Positions 7,650-16,090 of a stretch of DNA of 44,193 bases are shown in pieces. The translations under genes were made by a program, and so were the position numbers. The stretch comes from a virus. Within the stretch, counting starts at the first letter, position 1; each line of letters opens with the position of its first letter. The stretch spans positions 1 to 44,193 of the IMG/VR virus record IMGVR_UViG_3300045988_058447, one strand, 5' to 3'. The notes under the pieces were generated by a model. That model saw only the letters and a list, made by a program, of their open reading frames with translations, was not told the DNA's origin and did not search any database.

Positions 7650-8655
7650 CGTTTGCCATCTTACGATCTGCTAAAATGTCGTCACAGATGTAATATTTTT
7701 CCGTGACTGCTGTGTTTGCATGCCCCAGTCTGTGCGATACATATAAAATATCCTTTGTTCGGAGATATTCCCTAGATGCAAACGTCTTACGATAGACATG
7801 CACTGTGGCAACATTCCGGCATCCGGCACGCTCTGCGATCTCTTTCGCGATTTCTTCGATTGTTGCCTTACACAGCAGTTTCCCGGTTTCCACATTCCGG
7901 CTATTGAGGAATATATATCCTTCTTTTCTGCCATTTACATACTGTTCCAAGGCTACCCGACAATCCGGTGTCATAAAGCAAGTACGCCATTTACTGCTCT
8001 TTTCTCCGTAAATCTGGATTTCCCCACGTTCAAAGTCCAGATTTTCAATCTTAAGGTTACAGATCTCTCCCACACGAGGACCGGCACTAAGCATCAGTTC
8101 CAGAAGTGCTTTTTCACGCAAAGTCTTTAAGACGTTCTTGCATTTAGACACTTCATAATCAGATAAGCGTTTCTTGCGCTTCTGCGGGATTTTGATCTTG
8201 TCAATATCCCAGTATATGTCCTTGTCGATATGGTGTTTCCGGTACGCCCACTTGACAAATGCGGATAAACATTTCTGAATATTTCCGGCGTATGACTTCG
8301 AGATCTTGTCCCGATACTGCCTTATGGCAATATAATCCATTACGTCCTGTCCGGTCATAACGGCATAATGAAGTCCAGTTTCATTAAAGAATTTCTTTAA
8401 TGTGTACAGGTACATTTCAATCGTTTTCTCTTTCCTGCCGACTGCGATCAGATCAACGTGATATCTGCCGAGAATCCATTCATTATCCCTTACGTCCGTG
8501 GTTGGCAGCGTTTCGTCCGGCACCAAATGAAAACCTTTCATGCGATACGCAAGTGCTGTTTTCAAGCGTTCCGTCCCTTCGGCATCCAGATAACCAGTCA
8601 TGTCATATATAAGATCATTCACAAATTCTCCCTTTGTCATATAACTACCCTCCAA
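7642..8655 (-). CDS. Tyrosine recombinase (XerC/D / phage integrase family), second copy in the genome
   Basis: 337 aa with GPRVGEICNLK (Arg I), HVYRKTF (H-x-x-R) and LGHANTAVTEKYY (His...Tyr nucleophile). Confidence 0.8.
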   Translation of the reverse strand: MEGSYMTKGEFVNDLIYDMTGYLDAEGTERLKTALAYRMKGFHLVPDETLPTTDVRDNEWILGRYHVDLIAVGRKEKTIEMYLYTLKKFFNETGLHYAVMTGQDVMDYIAIRQYRDKISKSYAGNIQKCLSAFVKWAYRKHHIDKDIYWDIDKIKIPQKRKKRLSDYEVSKCKNVLKTLREKALLELMLSAGPRVGEICNLKIENLDFERGEIQIYGEKSSKWRTCFMTPDCRVALEQYVNGRKEGYIFLNSRNVETGKLLCKATIEEIAKEIAERAGCRNVATVHVYRKTFASREYLRTKDILYVSHRLGHANTAVTEKYYICDDILADRKMANVA

Positions 8656-8663
8656 TTCTAGTC

Positions 8664-8756
8664 TTTACTACAGTACGTGCGAGTGCTATAATGACAATAG
8701 GTTGAGAGTCTTAGCACTCATGAGCCGGGCATTGCAGTGTCCGGCTCTTATTTTTT
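8664..8756 (+). ncRNA. Candidate plus-strand small transcription unit (promoter + about 60-nt RNA + terminator)
   Basis: TTTACT (8664..8669) - 17 nt - TGcTATAAT (-10 at 8687..8692). Terminator GAGCCGG-12 nt-CCGGCTC + TTATTTTTT at 8722..8756. No plus-strand CDS is present. Confidence 0.3.
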
Positions 8757-8826
8757 AAAGAAAAGTGGCTGCACGAACCGCACCGGCCAGTATAATCTTT
8801 TAACGGTTTCGGCATATTTAACCTTC

Positions 8827-8854
8827 TACGCAAACCGGAGCTGTCCGGTCTGTT
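8827..8854. repeat. 28-bp exact direct repeat, copy A (tacgcaaaccggagctgtccggtctgtt)
   Basis: Identical to 9238..9265. Contains the palindrome ACCGGA-GCTG-TCCGGT. Confidence 0.95.
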
Positions 8855-9210
8855 TAAAACAAACATATCTGCTGTTCATCGTAGTAATATTTCTTTCTTA
8901 CCGGTACATACCCACCGTAAAATATCCTCTTAACACGATCTCTCTGTTTCAGATTCGCCATATAGAAGTTGTCAACCTCTGGAGGTACTGAAAAATAATA
9001 TTCTTCCGGATATGGCAGATGCTTTTCTATACAGATTTCTGCGATTTTTCTCTGATAATATAGGATATGATTCCGCGTCAGATTCATGTTGCAGCCATCC
9101 GGCCAGAACGGATCATTACACCCGTTCTGATTGATATTTTTCCATTGTTCTATTTCTCTGCAAATGCACTGGCAGTACTCTTTCACTTTATCTTCTGCTG
9201 TCTGGATCAT
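8854..9210 (-). CDS. Cys-rich hypothetical protein (118 aa)
   Basis: The internal start MIQTAEDKVKEY is preceded by a GGAGGTGA RBS. The longer ORF-track form would overlap the MTase 3' end. Confidence 0.55.
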   Translation of the reverse strand: MIQTAEDKVKEYCQCICREIEQWKNINQNGCNDPFWPDGCNMNLTRNHILYYQRKIAEICIEKHLPYPEEYYFSVPPEVDNFYMANLKQRDRVKRIFYGGYVPVRKKYYYDEQQICLF

Positions 9211-9236
9211 GGCATCACCTCCACAAAATTTAAGGT

Positions 9237-10943
9237 TTACGCAAACCGGAGCTGTCCGGTCTGTTCCTGCGCAATCCTCATGTTTCCTGTGCGCTTTGCT
9301 ACACACAATTCTGGCAAGTTTGCTTTCACAAGCGCGGCGGGGATTGGTGGACATACCGCATTGCCACATCTGCGCACCTGTTCGCTTCTCGGATACTTTT
9401 TCCCTGTATAATCATGGTCGATTATGTAATCATTCGGAAATCCCTGGCATCCGTACAACTCTTTCGGTTCTAACATTCTCAGCCCGATATCTACGATCTG
9501 GTAATCCACACCCTCGATTGTCACAAGTCCGAATCTGTCTTTGGTCGTAACCGTATCAAGTGGCTGCTCTATATCCTGTCCTGTGGCATCTCCATAGTAT
9601 TTAATCAAAAACGCTCTGACTTCCCCGAAATGCCCCGGTGATGTAGTAATGGTATGTAATGGTTCTCTCATATCCTGCCCGGTGCCGCTCTTATAAAATT
9701 TACTTAAAAACGATGTAACCAATCCGTATCGGTTCGAACCATCCACAGTCATGATCGGATCTTTAATCGTCTGTCCCCTGACTTCTCCCTGTGCTGTCTC
9801 GGAATGGTACTGGATCAGTGTTGGGCTGATAAGGCATTGTTGATTACCTGTGGTAATCGTATGTATCGGATCTTTGCAGTTTCCGCCCGGGTGATTTGTC
9901 GTATTTGTTCCCATATATGGTGCAAGCGTTGGTTCAATCAGGCAATGCTCATTTTTGCTCACAATCGTTGTCAGCGGTTCTCTTACATCCTTACTCCGAT
10001 CCTTTGTGAACCCGGTCTGCCCGATCTGCACCATATACGGCTCTACAATCCCGTATCCATGCTTTCCGGTTATGGTCGGCATCGGTTCCCGGATATCGTT
10101 CGGTCTGCGCTCGCCGCCGTGATTACACTGGATGATAAATGGTTCTGGATTGTCGAGTACAAACTTTTTCAAACCTCTTGCAATCCGATCCATTGTTTTC
10201 TTTGCCAGTGGGCGAACCGCCCGGATACCGTACTTTTCTTTGATTTCCTCGGATGTGTCAAAAATGCTCGGACATGGCCGGCTGAAATCAATCTGTGTGT
10301 ATGCTCCTACGTATGGTTTTAACAGTCCGGCTTTTACCGCTTCGCTATCCGCAGGGGCGTGTGTTGGCTCTGGCCAGACAATCGGTTTACCATCACATCG
10401 TGCGATCATGAAGAATCGTTTGCGCATGGTCGGCGCTCCATAATCGGCGGCAATCAGCTCACGGAACTCCACTTTATAGCCAAGGTCCCGAAGTTGCTGT
10501 ACGAACCGCTCAAATGTCTTACCCTGTTTGCTTTTAATCGGATGATGCCGTCTGTTTAATGGTCCCCATGTTTTGAACTCTTCCACGTTCTCCAACATGA
10601 TCACCCGTGGTCTTACAAGTCCAGCCCATCGTAATGCTACCCATGCAAGACCACGGATATTCTTATCCTTTGGCTTTCCACCCTTGGCTTTGGAAAAATG
10701 CTTACAGTCCGGGGAAAACCAGGCAAGTCCGACCGGATGCCCATTGCATGCCTTGACCGGATCAACCGCCCACACGTTTTCACAGTAGTGCTTTGTATTC
10801 GGATGGTTTGCCTTGTGCATCTTAATAGCTTCTGGATCGTGATTGATCGCAATATCAACGCTGTATCCAGTTGCTAACTCTATACCGGTGGAAGCACCAC
10901 CGCCACCGGCGAAATTGTCAACGATCAGTTCTCCGTTAATCAT
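9237..10943 (-). CDS. DNA (cytosine-5)-methyltransferase with an expanded, six-fold repeated target-recognition region
   Basis: Motif I DNFAGGGG, motif IV FSPDCKHFS, motif VI ENV, motif VIII TMRKRFF, motif IX RMLEPKELYGCQGFP, motif X GNAVCPP. Confidence 0.9.
   Translation of the reverse strand: MINGELIVDNFAGGGGASTGIELATGYSVDIAINHDPEAIKMHKANHPNTKHYCENVWAVDPVKACNGHPVGLAWFSPDCKHFSKAKGGKPKDKNIRGLAWVALRWAGLVRPRVIMLENVEEFKTWGPLNRRHHPIKSKQGKTFERFVQQLRDLGYKVEFRELIAADYGAPTMRKRFFMIARCDGKPIVWPEPTHAPADSEAVKAGLLKPYVGAYTQIDFSRPCPSIFDTSEEIKEKYGIRAVRPLAKKTMDRIARGLKKFVLDNPEPFIIQCNHGGERRPNDIREPMPTITGKHGYGIVEPYMVQIGQTGFTKDRSKDVREPLTTIVSKNEHCLIEPTLAPYMGTNTTNHPGGNCKDPIHTITTGNQQCLISPTLIQYHSETAQGEVRGQTIKDPIMTVDGSNRYGLVTSFLSKFYKSGTGQDMREPLHTITTSPGHFGEVRAFLIKYYGDATGQDIEQPLDTVTTKDRFGLVTIEGVDYQIVDIGLRMLEPKELYGCQGFPNDYIIDHDYTGKKYPRSEQVRRCGNAVCPPIPAALVKANLPELCVAKRTGNMRIAQEQTGQLRFA
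9238..9265. repeat. 28-bp exact direct repeat, copy B (3' end of the C5-MTase gene)
   Basis: Identical to 8827..8854. Confidence 0.95.
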
Positions 10944-13462
10944 GGCATCACCTCCGGCATAAAATCAAACAATGTTGGCTCGTCCACCTCATTTTCCGCC
11001 GCCTGCAGATATCCAACACCATCCCGGAAGTAATCCGGATTCAATTCACATCCCTTACCGTTCCGGTGCATCTTAACCGCCATCATTGGAACTGTCATAA
11101 GACCACCAAACGGATCATAGACCGTATCACCCTCATTGCTATATCTGTTGATGATTCTCTCCACGATATCCAACTGTAACGGGCATACGTGCATCTGAGC
11201 GCGTCTGCGGCTCTGCGTGGTATTAAGGGTACGCATCCGGTTGATATCATCCCATACTTCCAGCTGATTCCATGATCCCGGTGCAACAACCATAAATGTT
11301 GCCGGGAGCTTCCCGTCCTTGTCCAGATCTTCCGCAAGTTTCACATGATCCTCATAGTTATATACATTGCCGCGGCTGTACTCTCTGTACACTGTCTGTA
11401 AGCTATCAACCGGGAAATCTTTGAGCTCTTCCTTGCTGATCAGTCGGTCTCCTGACGATCTCCAATAACCATGTGCATCAATCTGCCACTGTGCCCGGGT
11501 GTAATCCTCTTTGGATTTCTTGACCGGAACATCTGCGTATGCCGTAGATCTGTCGGTTGGCAGTTTACGGAAAAGTAAGATATATTCCGGACATCCTACA
11601 CCCATCTTTGAACCATCCTTGCACTGTTCCGTCCATCCGAGGCGGTATGTCTGGTTATTCTCACGAACCACATCAGTCACGACCGTAATCATGCCGAAAT
11701 ACTGAAAACCATGCTTCATGTAATGTGCAATACAGAGTGCATGAAACGGCTCTATTGTAGGCATACCGGTTCCGGTTGCATTGCCAAATAATACACGGTC
11801 CTTAACATGGATTGCAGCCACACGCCCCGGCTTCAGGACTCGGAGCAGTTCTGGTGTGAGAAAATCCATCTGCTCAAAAAATCGGTCCGTATTCTGGTTA
11901 TGCCCGAAATCGTTATAATTTGCACTGTATTCGTAATGGTTGCCGAATGGAATCGAGGTATGTATAAGATCAATGCTGTTCGTTTCCATTGCTCGGGTTT
12001 CCTCTACGCAATCCCCATATACCGCTTCATAATGGTTTCCTCTCACTGTTCTCTCTTCTCTGCTGCCTTCCACGCCCATCTTCCTTTCTAACCGCTGTGT
12101 CTTATTTTCCGAGTTAAGACCATACTTCTTTACAATCTCGATCATCTTTGCAACCATGTGATTGTGATTCTTCCATTTTTCAAGCAATGCTTCCCTAATC
12201 TGTCGCTCGTTCTCCATGTAGATAATGTCGATCACAACCGGTTCTTTCTGTAAAAAGCGGTAACACCGGTGTACCGCCTGAATAAAATCGTTGAACTCAT
12301 AATCAATTCCAAGGAATATCTCCCGGTGACAATATCTCTGAAAATTACATCCGGATCCAGATAATGATTTCTTCGTAGCGAACAACTTTGTCTGTCCATT
12401 CGAGAAATCAATTACCCTCTGCTCGCGCAGGTCATAATCCATCGATCCGTAGATATCCACCACTTCCGGCAACGCTTTCTTGATCGCATGCCGTTCATTC
12501 TCCAGATCGTGCCACAACAAGAAATGATCGTCCGGCGATTCTTCCACAATCCTTTTCATTTCTGTTACACGGCGGTCAATGCTTTCTCTTTTAACTGCCG
12601 CAGCTTCTTTCAATCCCTCGGCAGCTTCCTGAAATAACTGCATCTGGCCGTCACGATCTGCAGTATCGCCATAATGCACCGGCAATTCATGCCATCTTAC
12701 TTCAAGCGGCGGCAGATCATATCCCTCATCGGAATATACCGGATTGAGATCTGAAGGCTTCGTGATAAAAAGCGCCCAGCTTGACACCCACATCCAAAAT
12801 TCATCTTCCATATTTGGATATAATGTCAGATTGTTTGCTTTTGTGCTGTCTCTCTGGAAGAACCGCGTCAATGCCTGCCCGGTATCCATCACTTCCAGAT
12901 ATCCGGCATAATGGATCAGCTCTTTGTATTTGTTTGGTGATGGTGTAGCCGTGGCTACCAGCTTATACGGAACGTTCTTGAATTTATCCAAGAATGTCTG
13001 ATAAGTCTTGCTTCCGAAACTCCTTAAAACACTGGCTTCATCCAAGGATGTCGCTGTGAAGTAGTCTGGTCGGATATCTCCATCCCGGACACGCTCATAA
13101 TTTGTCAATACGATCTGGCTTATGCTCTGCTCCACTTCTTCCATTGTTCGGCAATACTCCGGCTTTTCATATCCAAGCACTTCCACCGCGTCATGTGTGA
13201 ACTCCTGCTTCACTCCAAGCGGTAACACGATCAACGCACGTCCGCCGCTATACTCTGCCGCCAAGTGGCAGAATTCAATTTCCTGCACGGTCTTTCCAAG
13301 TCCGAAACTTTCAAACAGTGCACGTCTGCCACCTTTCAGCGCCCACACCACAGCATCCCTCTGGTGCGGTTTCAATACCTTGTTGACTTTTTCCGGATCC
13401 ACAACAAATCCGCTTTCTGTTGCAAGTTCAATCTTTGTTTCTAAAAATTCTTTATATGTCAT
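10940..13462 (-). CDS. SNF2/DEAD-like helicase fused to an N6/N4 DNA methyltransferase
   Basis: Helicase motifs: GLGKT (aa 54-58), DEAS (141-144), TATPSPN (171-177), QAVHRCYR (395-402). MTase motifs: DLIHTSIPF (aa 498-506) and HVCPLQLDIVERII..GDTVYDPFGGLMT (aa 758-790). Confidence 0.85.
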   Translation of the reverse strand: MTYKEFLETKIELATESGFVVDPEKVNKVLKPHQRDAVVWALKGGRRALFESFGLGKTVQEIEFCHLAAEYSGGRALIVLPLGVKQEFTHDAVEVLGYEKPEYCRTMEEVEQSISQIVLTNYERVRDGDIRPDYFTATSLDEASVLRSFGSKTYQTFLDKFKNVPYKLVATATPSPNKYKELIHYAGYLEVMDTGQALTRFFQRDSTKANNLTLYPNMEDEFWMWVSSWALFITKPSDLNPVYSDEGYDLPPLEVRWHELPVHYGDTADRDGQMQLFQEAAEGLKEAAAVKRESIDRRVTEMKRIVEESPDDHFLLWHDLENERHAIKKALPEVVDIYGSMDYDLREQRVIDFSNGQTKLFATKKSLSGSGCNFQRYCHREIFLGIDYEFNDFIQAVHRCYRFLQKEPVVIDIIYMENERQIREALLEKWKNHNHMVAKMIEIVKKYGLNSENKTQRLERKMGVEGSREERTVRGNHYEAVYGDCVEETRAMETNSIDLIHTSIPFGNHYEYSANYNDFGHNQNTDRFFEQMDFLTPELLRVLKPGRVAAIHVKDRVLFGNATGTGMPTIEPFHALCIAHYMKHGFQYFGMITVVTDVVRENNQTYRLGWTEQCKDGSKMGVGCPEYILLFRKLPTDRSTAYADVPVKKSKEDYTRAQWQIDAHGYWRSSGDRLISKEELKDFPVDSLQTVYREYSRGNVYNYEDHVKLAEDLDKDGKLPATFMVVAPGSWNQLEVWDDINRMRTLNTTQSRRRAQMHVCPLQLDIVERIINRYSNEGDTVYDPFGGLMTVPMMAVKMHRNGKGCELNPDYFRDGVGYLQAAENEVDEPTLFDFMPEVMP

Positions 13463-13524
13463 TTTTCAAAAGGAACCCGATATATCGTTGCCCCGGCCGG
13501 AGGTTCGGCTCCTTTCTTAATGCT

Positions 13525-13605
13525 CTATTTTTTTAGATAATCATACAAAATGTTAACAATAAGCCCACATAAGATTTCGAAAATGATCTGATATACCTTA
13601 TCCAT
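13525..13605 (-). CDS. Candidate 26-aa hydrophobic micro-protein
   Basis: AAAAAGGAGG RBS 7 nt upstream of the ATG. Product is MDKVYQIIFEILCGLIVNILYDYLKK. Confidence 0.25.
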   Translation of the reverse strand: MDKVYQIIFEILCGLIVNILYDYLKK

Positions 13606-13681
13606 TTGCAGAACCTCCTTTTTCGTAATTGAGATCTCTGCATTTAATATGAAATAAGAAAATAACAAACAAATTAACTGC

Positions 13682-14896
13682 TTACAAAAAGTCTTCTAAA
13701 CTCATCTGCCCTTTGCAATTACCACCGATCGTTGTCGGATCCCATCCAACTCCAATGTAGTCCAGAACCTTCGCCCATCCGTAGTCGTTCCCGTCAGCAT
13801 CCTTGCACATATGGAACATCAGATAGTCCCACTCTTTCGGGTTGCTCTCATACAACAGATCAAACCGATGCGGTCGCTTCTCCATGTGGATTCCGAAGCC
13901 ACACATACTGCATCCGGTACGCTGTGCCTTTGTTGTATACAATGTACCGTCCGGCTTTCTCTCGATCGTACCGTAAATCTCCGGTATCAAAGATTCCGGC
14001 ATCTGAAAATCTTCTGTTATTATCCCATCCTTGATTCCAGCAGCACGATACTTCTCTTTTAATCCGTTCTTCCAGAGATCATCCATCTCCAAGGCAAGCG
14101 TAAGAATGTCCTGCCGGTGGAAGATTGCAAACGGCGCTGATCTGATCGTAGAAGCCCCGAAGTAATTGCATCCATTCATCCGCAGGCTCTTGGCACGTCT
14201 TCCACCCTCGGATGCCATCAGTCCCAAATATGGCACACTGTTATGCTCTTTTCCCCAGTCATCACAATTCTTTTCTTTAAGGTAATAGCAGCATTTCGCT
14301 GATACCAGAAAATCCGGCTTTTGAAAGTCGCATCCTTCGGTTTCATTTTCATACCCACCGAACAGCTTCAACCACCGCTGATTAAGCTGCATCTTCGAAT
14401 TCTTCTGCCAGCCACCATATTCCCCGGTCTCTCCCGTTATAATCGCGTGTCTGACTGTCTTATTCTTCTCGGTTGGATTCTGCAGCAACTCGATTTTCCC
14501 GGCGATTTCCTTAGATATGACCGGAAATCCAAATTCCTGTATAACCTTCGGTTTCGTCCATCTGGTCCCATCATCCCGCATGAGCGGCGGCACATTTATA
14601 ATTCCGATTGCTTTATGCACCCTCTGGATGCTTCGATCTTCCAAAGTCGATGCGGATACTCCCGGAACATCAATCCCGCAAACCTCATGGAGAAATATGT
14701 ATAAAATGATGCTATCCAGACCTCCGACTGATACATGGCAGTTCAAACCACGTTTATCACATTCTGATTTAAACTCTTCGGCTCTGATCTGCGCATACTT
14801 ACGCTTGAAAGCATAATCCTGCTTTTCTTTCTGCATGAACGAAGCGATCTTCTCATAAGCACCAAGTCTCTCCATTCTTTCTTTTACTGATTCCAT
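13682..14896 (-). CDS. PAPS-reductase / PP-loop ATP-pyrophosphatase family protein (DndC/IbrA/BrxP-like fold)
   Basis: 404 aa. PP-loop variant HVSVGGLDS, KCCYYLKE motif, C-terminal Cys cluster CSMCGFGIH. Confidence 0.65.
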   Translation of the reverse strand: MESVKERMERLGAYEKIASFMQKEKQDYAFKRKYAQIRAEEFKSECDKRGLNCHVSVGGLDSIILYIFLHEVCGIDVPGVSASTLEDRSIQRVHKAIGIINVPPLMRDDGTRWTKPKVIQEFGFPVISKEIAGKIELLQNPTEKNKTVRHAIITGETGEYGGWQKNSKMQLNQRWLKLFGGYENETEGCDFQKPDFLVSAKCCYYLKEKNCDDWGKEHNSVPYLGLMASEGGRRAKSLRMNGCNYFGASTIRSAPFAIFHRQDILTLALEMDDLWKNGLKEKYRAAGIKDGIITEDFQMPESLIPEIYGTIERKPDGTLYTTKAQRTGCSMCGFGIHMEKRPHRFDLLYESNPKEWDYLMFHMCKDADGNDYGWAKVLDYIGVGWDPTTIGGNCKGQMSLEDFL

Positions 14897-14955
14897 TTGT
14901 TTTTGGAGTAAAGAGCTCTTTTACGCTGGCCAGCAAACCTCTTACTCCTTTCGAC

Positions 14956-15060
14956 TTATTTTTTCTTTTTCCTTTTCTGCTTAAACTTAAAAACATCATT
15001 TTTCTGACGGCTTACCATGCTACGATAGCCGTTCATTTTACTGGCTCTGCTTTTACTCAT
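14956..15060 (-). CDS. Candidate 34-aa highly basic micro-protein
   Basis: The ATG is 3 nt after the ASCH stop, with an AAGGAG RBS. Product is MSKSRASKMNGYRSMVSRQKNDVFKFKQKRKKKK. Confidence 0.3.
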   Translation of the reverse strand: MSKSRASKMNGYRSMVSRQKNDVFKFKQKRKKKK

Positions 15061-15063
15061 ACC

Positions 15064-15738
15064 TCACACTCCTTTCGGTTTTTCACACCGCTCAAATTCG
15101 ATCACCCATACCCACGGGTTTGCATCCCAACTGTAACGATCAAGATCAGATTTCTTGATGGTTGAATCCCAAAGGTCATGAAACATACCTTTTACGAACT
15201 CGTCTCCGACGTATTTTAAATGTTCTTCTTCAATTCCTTCTTTCACACACCCTTTTCCGTCAATATCCTGCAACCGCTCCACCCTCACATCCGTAGCCCG
15301 GAGCCAGATACGTGCCGCTCCTTTCGGCATATGAATGGACGGACGGTATATCAGTTTTGATGATTCCTTAAATGTAGGCAAGTCTGCCAGCTTATCATCA
15401 GCCCTGTAAATATATGTTCCATCTTCATATCCTTCGCTCCATGTTTCTCTCACGTACAGTATATCGTCCGTGTGATATGGCGGATTCCATCGTTTGCTTA
15501 ATTCCTCATCTTTTATATTTTCCGGAAGCTTATATTCTTCGCCCCAAAATTCGTGTGCTCCCCTGTTTGGATATGTCCATTTTCCTATACAACCCTTGTG
15601 GCTTCCTGCGTATGTATAACATAATCTTGCTTTTGGTTGTGGCTTTACAACTCTCCTAGTACAACCTTTTCTTCCGTCCAGAATTGCTTGAACCATTTCT
15701 GTATTGAATAAAATCGGTTTAATTGCCATCTGCGCCAC
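15064..15738 (-). CDS. ASCH (PUA-like) domain protein
   Basis: N-terminal KPILFNTEMVQAILDGRKGCTRRV is the classic ASCH signature. Confidence 0.55.
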   Translation of the reverse strand: MAQMAIKPILFNTEMVQAILDGRKGCTRRVVKPQPKARLCYTYAGSHKGCIGKWTYPNRGAHEFWGEEYKLPENIKDEELSKRWNPPYHTDDILYVRETWSEGYEDGTYIYRADDKLADLPTFKESSKLIYRPSIHMPKGAARIWLRATDVRVERLQDIDGKGCVKEGIEEEHLKYVGDEFVKGMFHDLWDSTIKKSDLDRYSWDANPWVWVIEFERCEKPKGV

Positions 15739-16090
15739 CTACTCTTTCAAAATAGAACTTTATAGGTTCTCTGTTTTCCTGTACCATGCCATACCGCAAG
15801 GCTATATTGTATGTACACACATCTCTTTTCAGCCGGTCTGGTATTTTTTGCAGCTCTTTTCTAAAGTCTTCTAAGTCCATCGTTGACTTATACCGATTGC
15901 ACGAACCACAGGACGGCATAAGATTTTTGATATCATGCACGTCTATTTCTGTGTATTCATAATTTCTAAGGCAATGTAAATGGTCTACGTTGAAGCCTTT
16001 CTCCGGTATTTCACAGCCACAATAAGCGCAATGCCCATTGTATTTCGCATACACCTGTTTCCTTACGGATTTAGGAATCGGTTTTCGCAT
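15719..16090 (-). CDS. HNH endonuclease
   Basis: CAYCGCEI...VDHLHCL...N..PSCGSCNRYK. Confidence 0.75.
   Translation of the reverse strand: MRKPIPKSVRKQVYAKYNGHCAYCGCEIPEKGFNVDHLHCLRNYEYTEIDVHDIKNLMPSCGSCNRYKSTMDLEDFRKELQKIPDRLKRDVCTYNIALRYGMVQENREPIKFYFERVGGADGN

Noticed and set aside
8854-9369. Long (171-aa) version of the ORF downstream of the C5-MTase
   Set aside because: Its first 53 codons would overlap the MTase 3' end in another frame. An internal ATG at 9210 has a GGAGGTGA RBS right after the MTase stop, so the 118-aa form is preferred.
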